Shown here: positions 29,906-40,200 of the stretch, in pieces | Position numbering within the stretch: position 1 is the first letter of the stretch | Layout of the letters: every line of letters starts with the position of its first letter | NCBI GenBank assembly: GCA_031409335.1 | Contig: JANNWY010000059.1 | Coordinates: 1 to 54,757, forward strand | Direction of reading: 5' to 3' | DNA from: Chthoniobacteraceae bacterium | GTDB lineage: Bacteria > Verrucomicrobiota > Verrucomicrobiia > Chthoniobacterales > Chthoniobacteraceae | Length of the DNA stretch: 54,757 nucleotides | Made by a program: the position numbers and the translations under genes | The notes under the pieces: model-generated | Seen by the model: the letters and a program-made list of their open reading frames with translations, nothing else | Databases searched by the model: none | Told to the model about the DNA's origin: nothing

Positions 29906-29968
29906 CGGATCGTCCTCACGTGCCGCGGCAAGATGATGGCGGATTCCGTCGCAGAAACCTTCATCCGA
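29906..29968 (+). repeat. Diverged direct duplicate of the hemW 3' end (first copy 29833-29895)
   Basis: RIVLTCRGKMMADSVAETFIR vs RIILTQRGKMMADSVAAAFV*. Confidence 0.85.
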
Positions 29969-30010
29969 CCCTCCCCGCTCGCCAGCGGCAGTGCGAAACG
30001 CACACTCTTC

Positions 30011-30470
30011 CTACCTCTGGCGACGGAGGGCAAGAAAGGCAGTGCCGCCAAGCAGCAGCGCGGCGGTGGTAGGCTCGGGGACGATGGTGACGGAGGCGGC
30101 CCAGGCATCTAAATCGCCGGCGCTCGCCGCGCCCAGCGTTCCTTCGGTGAAGCCACTCACGCTCACACTGCCATCAGGCGGCGCAGCCAGGCCAGTGATC
30201 CAATCAACTTCGATGGACGCCCAGAAGTGGGTATCGAGCAAGTTTCCGGTGCCGGCCTAGAGGGCAACAAACGCATCAAGTCCTCCCACATAGGTGTGGT
30301 CGGCAAACGTGCCATTTCCCGAGTAACCTCCGATCCATACGTTACCCGCCGCTCCAACGGTGTAGTTGATGTCAGCAGAGCCAAAGCGCGTCGTGCCTAA
30401 ATGCGCTCCCGCAGTGCCATAGCCTGCCACCACCACATCCACCCTCCCGATCACTCCAGCACCATCCCGA
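30011..30470 (-). pseudogene. 3' fragment of an SBBP-type beta-propeller PEP-CTERM protein
   Basis: Ends VPEPTTAALLLGGTAFLALRRQR*; repeats GNVWIGGYS..GGLDAFV and DGSVSVSGFTEGTLG..AGDLDAW; in-frame TAG at 30257-30259; 5' end abuts the IS. Confidence 0.85.
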
Positions 30471-31845
30471 GGTGACATCCCGTTCGTTTTACCGACGGCG
30501 AACACCGTGTTACCGCCGACCGCTGCCGCCGACCGTGAAACACACGGAAATGAGCACTAAAACCAAACAAGAAGTGATGGCCAAACTGACGCTGAAATAC
30601 TTCGGAGCCGGAGCGGAATATCGCGTGAAATTGATCGACCAAGTCGTGGAGCTGACGGGCTGTCATCGCAAAACGGCGATTCGCGCTTTGAACAAAAAAC
30701 CACGGCCAAAAATGGCGCGAACACCGGGTATCAAAACCGGACGCCCACGCGAGTATCACAGCGAGACTTTGCTGCCGATCTTGAAGCCGATCTGGTTTAC
30801 CTCAAACCAAACCTGCGGGTGTCGCTTGCGGGCGATGTTGCCGGAGTGGATTCCAGCGGATGAGGCCGACCATTGCCGACTCGACCGCGACGTGCGCAGG
30901 GCGCTCCTGAGCGTCAGCGCGAGGTCGCTGGACCGACTGCTCGCACCACTCCGTGCGAGTTGCGCACGACGCAGCGCGACACGTCCTGGGACGATGCTGC
31001 GGCAGAGCATCCCGATTCGCGGAAGGTGGGACGAGGAAGGCTCCGGCTGGCTGGAAATGGACACCGTCGCGATGTGCGGCGGCACGCTCGATGATCGGCA
31101 TCTTTGGATGCTCGATGTGGTGGACATCCACACGCACTGGATCGAACTCCGAGCGCTCGCCAATCGCGGCCAGCACAGCACTTGCGAGCAAATCGACGAT
31201 ATTGAAAAGAGCCTGCCATTCGCTCTACTCGGGGCGGATTCTGATAACAGCGGGGAATCCATCAAACACCATCTCGTGCGCTTTTTTGCAGAGCGCGAAA
31301 AGCCCGTTTTCCTCACCCGTTCGCGCCCCTACCGCAAGAACGACAACGCCCATGTCGAGCAGCGCAACGCGTCGCATATCCGCGCCCTATTTGGCCACGA
31401 CCGCTACGACAATCCACAAGTCGTCGAACTCATCAACGCGCTGTGCAAAGGCGCACTCGGGCAGATGAACAACCACTTTTTCTGCACGCTTAAATTGAAA
31501 GAAAAACGACGCCGCGAAAAGAAAATCACCCGCATCTACGGCCCCGCCAAAAGCGCCTACGAACGAGTGCTCCAGGCACCGCAAGGCGAGGCGACAATCA
31601 AAGCCAAATTGCGAGCCAAACACGCTGCTTTAAACCCGTTCCAACTCGCACGAGAAATCGAAGCGCAAAAGAAAAAGATCGAAGTGCTCCGACGACCTCG
31701 CACTTGAAAAACCAACCCCAAACGCCTAGCCAGACGAAGCCAACAAAACCCGTGACGAGGGAGGCCGAATTGCCCACGCGCTACGGCTTCCTTCGTTTCA
31801 ATTTTTAAGGCACTTTGGGGTAACACTCACTTTTGGCTCACTACG
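30471..31845 (+). mobile_element. IS with rve-type transposase (ISNCY/IS481-like); ends approximate
   Basis: Transposase plus right-hand motif ggggtaacactcacttttggctcactacg and left-hand ggtgacatcc. Truncates the PEP-CTERM gene. Confidence 0.6.
30550..31707 (+). CDS. Integrase-core (rve) DDE transposase, possibly decayed
   Basis: TGCHRKTAIRAL, GWLEMDTVAMCG, ADSDNSGESI (family consensus DSDNG.EF), FLTRSRPYRKNDNAHVEQRN. Confidence 0.88.
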   Translation: MSTKTKQEVMAKLTLKYFGAGAEYRVKLIDQVVELTGCHRKTAIRALNKKPRPKMARTPGIKTGRPREYHSETLLPILKPIWFTSNQTCGCRLRAMLPEWIPADEADHCRLDRDVRRALLSVSARSLDRLLAPLRASCARRSATRPGTMLRQSIPIRGRWDEEGSGWLEMDTVAMCGGTLDDRHLWMLDVVDIHTHWIELRALANRGQHSTCEQIDDIEKSLPFALLGADSDNSGESIKHHLVRFFAEREKPVFLTRSRPYRKNDNAHVEQRNASHIRALFGHDRYDNPQVVELINALCKGALGQMNNHFFCTLKLKEKRRREKKITRIYGPAKSAYERVLQAPQGEATIKAKLRAKHAALNPFQLAREIEAQKKKIEVLRRPRT

Positions 31846-32034
31846 GGCCGAGAGTGGCGAATGCGAATACAAACGCAACCCCGCTTCGCCAACAAACCCG
31901 CTGCCAATACCGTCAGTTCAATGCACGGCCCCGCGCCGATGAGAAACGGCACATTCGAAAGTGCGGTTCCCATCAAGCGCCTTCCGGTTCATCACGACCG
32001 GGTGGTAGTCGTTCGAGGAGTTGGCGCGCCTGCT

Positions 32035-34254
32035 TTACAAGAACTCGAACACGCGCACGTCTCCTGTGCCGGCGAGATTGTAGCGGAGCGCGGTGGGGTC
32101 GTTGTCGTTGCGCCAGCCTTTGTTGAAGAGGATTTTGCTGCCAGCCGGTCCGAATTGGAGGAAGTCGATCTGTTGCGCCACGAAGCCAAAGCGATCGGTC
32201 GGATCGTCCGCGGTGCCGATGACCTGGCCGCCGATGATGATGCTGGCGATGCGCGCGCTGAGGTCCGGATTGTTCACGCCGGGTGCCCGCCGATCGGTGC
32301 CGTTGCCAAAGTTTTCGTTCCACGCCACACCGGAAATCAGATCGCTCGCCACCCAGTCGCCGCCGACCGTGACGGTGCCGATTTGCGCGTCCGGATTGTC
32401 CGCGCCGAGCGAGATGTCGGGGTTCGTGTTGTAACCCGCGAGGATCGCCGCGTGGCGCACGCCGCCGCCGATCGCGATGCTGCCGAAGGCCACGTTGAGC
32501 GTCGGATTCAACGCCTGCGCCACCTGGCCGTGCGCGGAAATCACGACCGTCGTCTCCTCCGTGCCTTCGATCGCGCCGCCGATCTTCAGCGATCCCACGT
32601 CGTTCTGAATCCGGATCGCGGCATTGTCCACGAGCTCGAATGTCGCGTTGTAATCCTGCCCGACTCGCAGCGATCCGCCGATCGCCAGCCGGCCGACGCG
32701 TTGCGCTTCGATCGAGCCGCTGTTTGCCAGATCGCCGGTCGCATCGCTCGCGAGATCGCCGCCGATCACGCTCCCCGCGATCACCAGCGAACCGAAACGC
32801 CCCGCCGCAAAAATCGAGCCAGCGTGATCCGCGGTCCCGCCGAGCAGGCTGCCACCCACGACGAGATTGGTGATCGACCGCGCGGTGGTCACGCTGCCGG
32901 AATTCTCGCCGGTGCTCCCCACCACGTCGGTGCGCACGACCACCCTGCCCGCGCCGGAATCCAATTGCAGCACGCCGCTGTCTTCGCCCGCCGCCCCGCG
33001 GATGGCTCCGCCGATGCTCAAGGTGGCAACGTTGCCAGCCGCGACCACCGATCCGGTCCGGTCTCCCGCACCGCCCACGAGGTCCCGCGCGATGGAGATT
33101 TTTCCGACCGTATCGCTTGAAAATGTCCCGAGATGAAGGCTGCCGCTGTCATCGCCCACGCCGCCAGTGAGCGCTCCGCCCACCGTGATCGCGCCCGTTT
33201 TTCCAGCCACGCGGATCGCGCCGGAATCGGACGCGCCGCCGCCGGTGATGTCTCCGCCCACCTTGATGGAAACGACATTTCCACCCGCGATCACCGCACC
33301 GCTCGACGTGCCCGCGGAGCCGCCGGTGATGCCACCGAGAATGTCCACCGTCGTCATGTTTCCCGCCGAGGAAATGACCCCGCTCCCCTGCTGCGTGCCG
33401 CCAAACAGGCCGCCGAAAATTTTCACCGGACCGAGAATCTGCTCGGTGCGAACGACGCCCGTGCCATCGGTGGACGGATCTTCCGAACGCCCGCCAAAGA
33501 TCGAGCCGCCGACGGTGAGCGACGCGATGCGGCCGCCCGCCTGGATCGATCCCGAGTTCTGTCCGGCCCCGCCCGCGATGTCCCCGCCGATCTTGATCGC
33601 GCCGATCTTTCCACTCGTGGAAAAGCGACCCGAATCCGCGTCGGCGGTGCCGATGAGCGACCCACCGATGGTGAGCGCGGCGATGCTGCCGACGTTGCCG
33701 CCGGTCACATTGAAAAGAATGCCCTGCACGCTGCCGCGCACTTTGACTTCGCCGACTGCGCCGATGAGTTCGCTCGTCTGCGTCATCCCCGCGGGCAGCA
33801 TCGCGCCTTCGAGCACTCCGAGTGAGCCAACGTTGAGCGACACGAGCGCCTTCGGTGTGGTCGCCGTCGGGCTCGGGAAACCCGCATCAATGCGACCGAG
33901 ATCGCCGCTGATAAGCACATTGCCGAGCCCGTGGCCGGTGGAGTTCACGTAGCCGATATTCACCGAGTCGTTGCCGCCGTTCAGTGCGCCGCGCACCGCT
34001 TTCAATTTCACGTCCGCGCCGCGGAACGTCGCATCCGTGAGGTCGAGCGCGTTGACCAGCAGGCCCGTCGCGGGAGTTTGGTCGGTCGTGAAGAGCGTGT
34101 CGGAGAGGATGCCCTTGCTCACCGTGAGCGTGACCTTGTCGCCGTCCACGTCGTCCCAGGTGGCGCTGTGTTTGTCGGGCGCGATGGTGATCAGACCCGC
34201 GGGCGCGATGCGGCTTTCAAGATGTTCGATGGTCGGGCGGTGGTTTGTTTTCAT
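32035..34254 (-). CDS. LEPR-XLL-type secreted Gly-rich beta-helix protein (739 aa)
   Basis: IEHLESRIAPA leader, WDDVDGDKVT, tandem ~29-aa IGG.I.GG....SG.I repeats. Alternative start at 34278. Confidence 0.88.
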   Translation of the reverse strand: MKTNHRPTIEHLESRIAPAGLITIAPDKHSATWDDVDGDKVTLTVSKGILSDTLFTTDQTPATGLLVNALDLTDATFRGADVKLKAVRGALNGGNDSVNIGYVNSTGHGLGNVLISGDLGRIDAGFPSPTATTPKALVSLNVGSLGVLEGAMLPAGMTQTSELIGAVGEVKVRGSVQGILFNVTGGNVGSIAALTIGGSLIGTADADSGRFSTSGKIGAIKIGGDIAGGAGQNSGSIQAGGRIASLTVGGSIFGGRSEDPSTDGTGVVRTEQILGPVKIFGGLFGGTQQGSGVISSAGNMTTVDILGGITGGSAGTSSGAVIAGGNVVSIKVGGDITGGGASDSGAIRVAGKTGAITVGGALTGGVGDDSGSLHLGTFSSDTVGKISIARDLVGGAGDRTGSVVAAGNVATLSIGGAIRGAAGEDSGVLQLDSGAGRVVVRTDVVGSTGENSGSVTTARSITNLVVGGSLLGGTADHAGSIFAAGRFGSLVIAGSVIGGDLASDATGDLANSGSIEAQRVGRLAIGGSLRVGQDYNATFELVDNAAIRIQNDVGSLKIGGAIEGTEETTVVISAHGQVAQALNPTLNVAFGSIAIGGGVRHAAILAGYNTNPDISLGADNPDAQIGTVTVGGDWVASDLISGVAWNENFGNGTDRRAPGVNNPDLSARIASIIIGGQVIGTADDPTDRFGFVAQQIDFLQFGPAGSKILFNKGWRNDNDPTALRYNLAGTGDVRVFEFL

Positions 34255-34267
34255 TGGTTTTCGAGGT

Positions 34268-37200
34268 TCAAAGTTCATTGGTGGTGACGGTGCGCGCGAG
34301 GACGCGGGCGGTGGGATCGACCCGCACGTCGGCAGCGTCGAGCAGGATGGAAGTCTTCGCGGAAATCAGCGCGCGCGGTTCGATGGCCAGCACCCCGGTC
34401 GCCGCGTCGCCGAAAATCCGGATCTCCGCGAGGCTGCGGATCACGCTGTTCGTCTTCAGGGTTTCGCGCAGCGCTTCGATCAGCACGTTGCCGCTGCTCA
34501 CGATCTTCGTCGCATTCGTCGTGATCGCTTCAAAGCCGCTCATCTCGACACCGCGGGTTCCGCGAATGATGCCCGCGCCGAATTCCGCCAGCCCGCCATG
34601 GTTCGCGCCTTCCAGCTTCACCGAGCCGAGCGTGTTCACGACATTTCCGCGATGCGGGAAGGTGATGCCGCCATCCGCGTCGCCATCGAGATTCGTGCTC
34701 ATCGTGATGTCTCCGGTCCGCGAGACGATCTTGGCGATGCCGGTATTGGCCCGCGGCAGGATCGCACCGAGCGCGATGTTTTCGCCCTGCATCCGGATCG
34801 CTCCGAACTCGCTGCCGATCGTCACCGACCGGTTCGTCTTTGCAAGATTCTGACCGACGAGCAAATCGCCTTCGCCGTCGCGATCGATGTCCGCGAGCAA
34901 TTCCAGCGCACCGCCGCCGCGCGTCTGCACGTTGCCATCGATGATGATGTTTCCGCCGGCTTCGATGCGCAGATCCGTCGCGCGGCCCACCGTCCCGAGC
35001 CCGATGGATGCCGCTCCCGAGCCGATCGTCACGCTGCCGCCGGGCAGCGGTGTGCGGATCACGGTGCTGTCGCGCAGGCTAAGATTCCCGGTGACGCTGA
35101 TCGCGTGCTCGCCATCCGCGCGTCCGATCGTGACTCGTGAAAACGTATCGCCGAGCGCGCCAAATTCCGTCGCCGTCAAATCGAAGCCGGCACCCGTCCC
35201 GCCGAGGGTGATGGATTGCGTCGGCGTGAATGGCTGAAGCAAAAGCTCGCCGAACCCGCGCACCAATCCGCGACTGTTTGCATCGAGCGCGATGGTGTCA
35301 GCGGTGATCGCGATGTTTCCGTTGCGGCCCGCCGTGAGCGCCGCGCGTTTGCCCTGCGTGAAGGCCGTCTGCGCGTTGATCGTCAGGTCGTTGTCGTCCG
35401 CACCGTTCACCAGGGAAATGCCGTTCACACCCTGCGTGACGCTCGAAGTCAGCAGCGTGATCGCGTCACCGTTGATCGTGAGATCGTCGAGGAATCGCAC
35501 GCTCTCGATCCGCACCTCGTGCGCGCCACCTTGCTGACCGATGTGGATGCCGCTGAAGCCATCGCCGAGCGCGGCGATTTCCACATCGCTCAATGAAAAC
35601 TCCGCCGTGCCACCCGCCGGTCCACCGATGTCGATCGCCGCGGCACCGTCGTTCGGCAGCAGGCGAATCTCCCCGCCCGCCGTGGTCACGATGCTGCCCT
35701 TGGGTGCGCTCAGGCTCACCGAGTCCGCATGAATTTCGATCCCATCCTCGACCCGCACACCGCCTCCGAGGCTGAACCCGCCCGCTTCGTTCACTTGCAA
35801 GAATTCGAGCGGCGTCGTCCCGCCGATCGCTCCGCCGACGGTCACGTTGCCGCCGCCGGCATTGAAGGTCAGTCCGTAGTGCTGGCCCGCCGTGCCGTTC
35901 ACGCGGCCCGTGATGATGATGTCGCCGCCATTGCTGGTCAGCGTGATGTCGCGCAACAGCCGCAGATTTCCGTCGAAGCGAATCTGCTCGCCGTTCGTCG
36001 TGCGGTCTTCGTCGATCAGGATCGTGCCCGTCACGCTCACCGGCGCGCCGATCACGTTATCGACATACACCTCGCCGCCGCTCTCGATCGTCACCGCGCC
36101 ATTTGCCTGGACGCGATAGGCGTTCACGTTTTGGTCGGCGATCAGCGTGATGTCGCCATCGGCGGTGAAGAGCCCGTCGTTCACATCGCTCTGCGAACCG
36201 AGATTCAGGAAATGCGCGGCGTTCGGATTCGTGTCGCGGAGCGAAAGATCGCCCGCAGCCGAGACCCGCGCCGAGATGTGATCCGCGGTGGTGAGCAGCG
36301 TGATGCCGCTCTCCGCCAGTGCTTGCAGCTCGCTTGCTCTCGTATTCCCCGCCGTCTGCGAGATCGCGCCGCTCTCCGCCGTGAACTCCGCATCGAATGT
36401 CGAAATCGTTCCGGTAATCGTGATGTTCCCGCCATTCACACCCGCCGTCGCATCGAAGGTGCCGCCCGCCGCGCTCGTGGCCAGCGCGCCGTTCAGGATG
36501 ATGCTGCCAGTGCCACCGGTGCCCGCCGTGAGCACGATGAAATCCGCGACCTCGACCTTGTTGTTGATCGTGATGTGATCGCGCGCCGTCAGCGTCGCAT
36601 CGGTTCCGAAGACATCGTCGTTTGCGACGATCGAGCCGGTGCGCGCGGTGAAAGCGAGGCTTTCCAAAGTCGTGACCACCTGGCCGACGAGCGGATTGCT
36701 CTCGATCGTGATGCTGCCCGCGTGGAAGGCGACGTTGTCCTTGAAAGTGCTGCTGCCAATCAGCATCGCGCCCGTCCCGTCCTCCGCGCGACCGATCGTG
36801 ATTTGCGTGAAGCGGTCTTGCAGCGCGTTGATGTCCGTGTCGGAAAGATCGAGCACGCCGGTCGGCGTCGGCGAACCGATGTCGATCGAAGTCCCCGCCA
36901 AATAAGGCCGCAGCGTCAAGTCCCCGGCGCCCTGCACCGCGTTGGTGCCGCCGACAAAGTCGATCTCGTCCGCTTCGAGCCGGATGTCGCCGGCCGTCGC
37001 GCGGAAGGTCGAGCCTGCAAAAATATTCTGCGCGCTACGCACATTCATGCTCGCCGCAGTGGTCGCTCCCTCGAAGCGCGTGGCCCCGCCGCCATTCGTC
37101 TGCGTGAGCGCTCCGACGACCGCCACCTGGCCCTGGAAGGTCGTGTTCAGCGCATTCGCGACCGTGAGATTTTGCGCCACCGAAGCGAGGCCCACGATTC

Positions 37201-40200
37201 GGATGTTTCCGGTCGTCGCGAAGTCCGCGTCGCCGACGTTCGTGGTGAACGCGCCGCCCGCGAGGAAGCTCGCGGCGCTCAGCGCGAAGTCACGCGCGCT
37301 GACTGCGCCGGTGAGCGTCACATCATCCGAGCCGAGCAGGCTCAGCGTTTGCGCGACGGTGGTTTTTCCAGCGATGGAAATGTCGCCACTCGTCGTGAAA
37401 GCAAGGCCGCCCGTGGTGGCCGTCACATCGCCGCCCGCGACAAAAGTCCCACCCGCAATCGCTCCCGACAACGCGCTGACGGAACCAGTGAGCGTGATGA
37501 CTGAGCCGCTCGGGATGCTCAGCGTGCCCGCGGCAGTCGTCGTGCCGCCGACGTTCACCGCGCCAGCGGAATCCGCGCTGAAGAGCACGGCGCCAGTCGT
37601 CGCCACCACGCCGTTCGTGACCACGATGGTCGGGCTGGTGACGCTGATCGCCGCCGCGCTGATGCTCGCGAACCTTGCGCTGGTGGTACCTGCGAGCTGA
37701 GTGAGCGCGTCGGTGACATTCAAGGCGGCCGCAAACTGCAACGCCGCCGCATTCACAATCGTCGCCCCGCCGCCCACCGTCACCGGCGCGAGGAAGGTCG
37801 CGTTGCGCGGCGTGTTCAGCGTCAGGTCGCGACCGGTCGTGAGCGCGCCGTTCACGCGGACTTCGCCGGTGACCGCGCTCGTCGTTTGCAAGAAGGCGTC
37901 GCGCGCCACCGTCACTTGCGCCCCGGTCGAAATCGTTCCCGCCGAGCGCACGATCAAATCCTGCCCGATGTTCAGCGCGCTGTTGAGCGTCGTGGAAAGT
38001 GGCGCGTTCGTCGCACCGATGTTCAGGGAGCCACTGCTCGTGATGACCCCACTCGCCAGAATGTTTCCCACGCCCGCCGTCGTGGAGTTCAGTGCGATGT
38101 CCCCCGCGTCCGCGTTCAACGGACCGCTCAAGGAAATCGCGGACGACGCAATGCCGATGCTGTCACCATTGATCGCAGCCGTCGCCGTCACCGCGCCGAG
38201 CGCGGAGAGCGTCACCGCGCCATTGGTCGCAGTCAGCGGGCCGTTCAGATTCAGCGCGCCCGCCGCATCGGTCGAGCGCAGCGTCAGCGCGCCGGTCGCG
38301 GAAACGCCCGCCGCATTCACCGTGATCGTCCGCGCATTCGTGCTGCCGAGCGAAATCGTAGCGGAACTCACGAGCCCGCCAAAGGACACATCGCGCACGG
38401 AATTCACTGCGATGGAAGTCGCCGCAGTGAACGAGGCGTTCGTCGAGAGATCGCCCGTGAGCGTGAGATTCGCCGTGCCGGAAAGCGCGACCTGTCCGGT
38501 GAAAGTCGCGTTGCCCGTGTTACTCACCGCGAGATTTTGCGCGGTCAGTTTTGCGCCAAAGCTCAGCGCCGAAGCCTGCGTCACGGCGACGGTCGCGCCG
38601 GCGACGAGGTCGGCATTCACCGCCACGTTTCCGGCGGAGGTGAGCGTCGCATCGTGCGCCGCGTTCACCGCGCTGCGCAGCGTGATGCTCGTGCTCGCCA
38701 CGGTCAAATCGCCCGTGCCGATGCTGCCGCTCACATCCACGCTGCGCGCGGAATCCAGCGCGAGCGTCGCGGCGTTTCCAGCGACGAGCGGGCCCAGCGT
38801 GGTGATGCCATTGCCGGTGCCGGCGACGGTCGTGCGGATGCGGAGATCGTTCGTCGCAGTCATGCCACCGACGCCGATGGAGACGGTCTCGATGCTGTCC
38901 GCGCCCTGGCCGATCGCGACGGAATCCGCGGTGACGAGGCCGCTCGTGGTGATCGCTTTGCCGCGGGTGATTTGCAGCGCACTCCCGGCCGAGAGCGTCG
39001 AGCCGACAACGATGTTGCCCGCGGCTTCGGCCCGCAGGGTGATCGCGCCAGTCGCGGCGACGGCGGCGGGGAGATTGATGCTCTGCGCGTCGAGGTTGAT
39101 GCTGCCGGCATCGACGAGGTTCAGCGAGACGCTGCGGGCGGAGACGACGTTGAGCGCGCTGGCGTTGATATTGGCGGAGCCGAGCACGCCGCGGGCAGCG
39201 TTGATCGCAAAGGTGCCCTTCGCGTCCACCGGGCCATTGAGCGTGACGGAGTTGCCGGCGACGGCTCCCGTCGTGGTGATCGTGATGTGGCCCGTCGTTG
39301 GCGAAGCGAGCGTGGTCAGGCCGCCCGCTCCGACGGTCACGGTATTCGTCGCCGCGAGCGCCATGGCGTGCGCGGCGGTCGCTCCGTTCAAGGCGAGCGT
39401 CGTCGCGGCGGTCGCGGTGAGCGCGCCGGCTGCGCTGACATTGCCCGCCGCGGTGATCGCGCCGGTGTTCGCCGTGAGGCCCGCCGCACCGCTGCTCGTG
39501 ACTTCGCCGTTGAAGGTGAACGCCCCGCTCTGCAGCGCCAGCGAGCCGGCCTGGAGCGATGCGCTGAAGGTCGTCGCGCCGAGCACGCCGACCTGCTGGG
39601 TGAAGACCCCGCCGACTGCGACCGTGCCCTGATATTGGGCGGACGAAGCCGCCTGCACCGTGAGCGCGCCATCGACTTCGAGGGAGTTTTGGAAGGTGAG
39701 TCCGCGAGGCGTGTTGAAGGTCGCCGTCGTGCCGACATCGACCGGGCCGGTGAATTTGATTTCGCCGATCGACGAACTCGTCGTCGCTGCATTCAGCGCC
39801 GTCGCGATGGTGAAGCTGCTCGCATTCGACGCGGTGATGCTCTCCGTCGCATTCAACGCCGCGGCATTGGCGGTGACGGTGCTTTGGAAGCCGATGCTGC
39901 GCGAGGTGATCGCGAGCGCACCCTTGGCATTCACGGGCCCGTTGAGGGTCACGGAGTTTCCGGTCGCCGTCGTGGTGATCTGAATGTCGCCCGAGGTCGG
40001 TGAAGCTGCTGTCGAGAGCCCGCCCGCCGCGGTGGTCACGGAGTTGGCCGCCGTGAGGGACATGGCGTGCGCGGTGGTCGCGCCATTCAGCGCGAGGCTC
40101 GTCGCGGCATTGGCGGTGAGCAGACCGGCGACGGTGACGTTGCCACTGGCCGTGAGGCCGCCGGTATTCGCCGCGAGATTCGCCGCGCCGAGGCTCACCA

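Noticed and set aside
30257..30259. Programmed TAG readthrough (pyrrolysine) in the PEP-CTERM gene
   Set aside because: The gene is also 5'-truncated by an IS and degenerate, so ordinary pseudogenisation is the simpler explanation.
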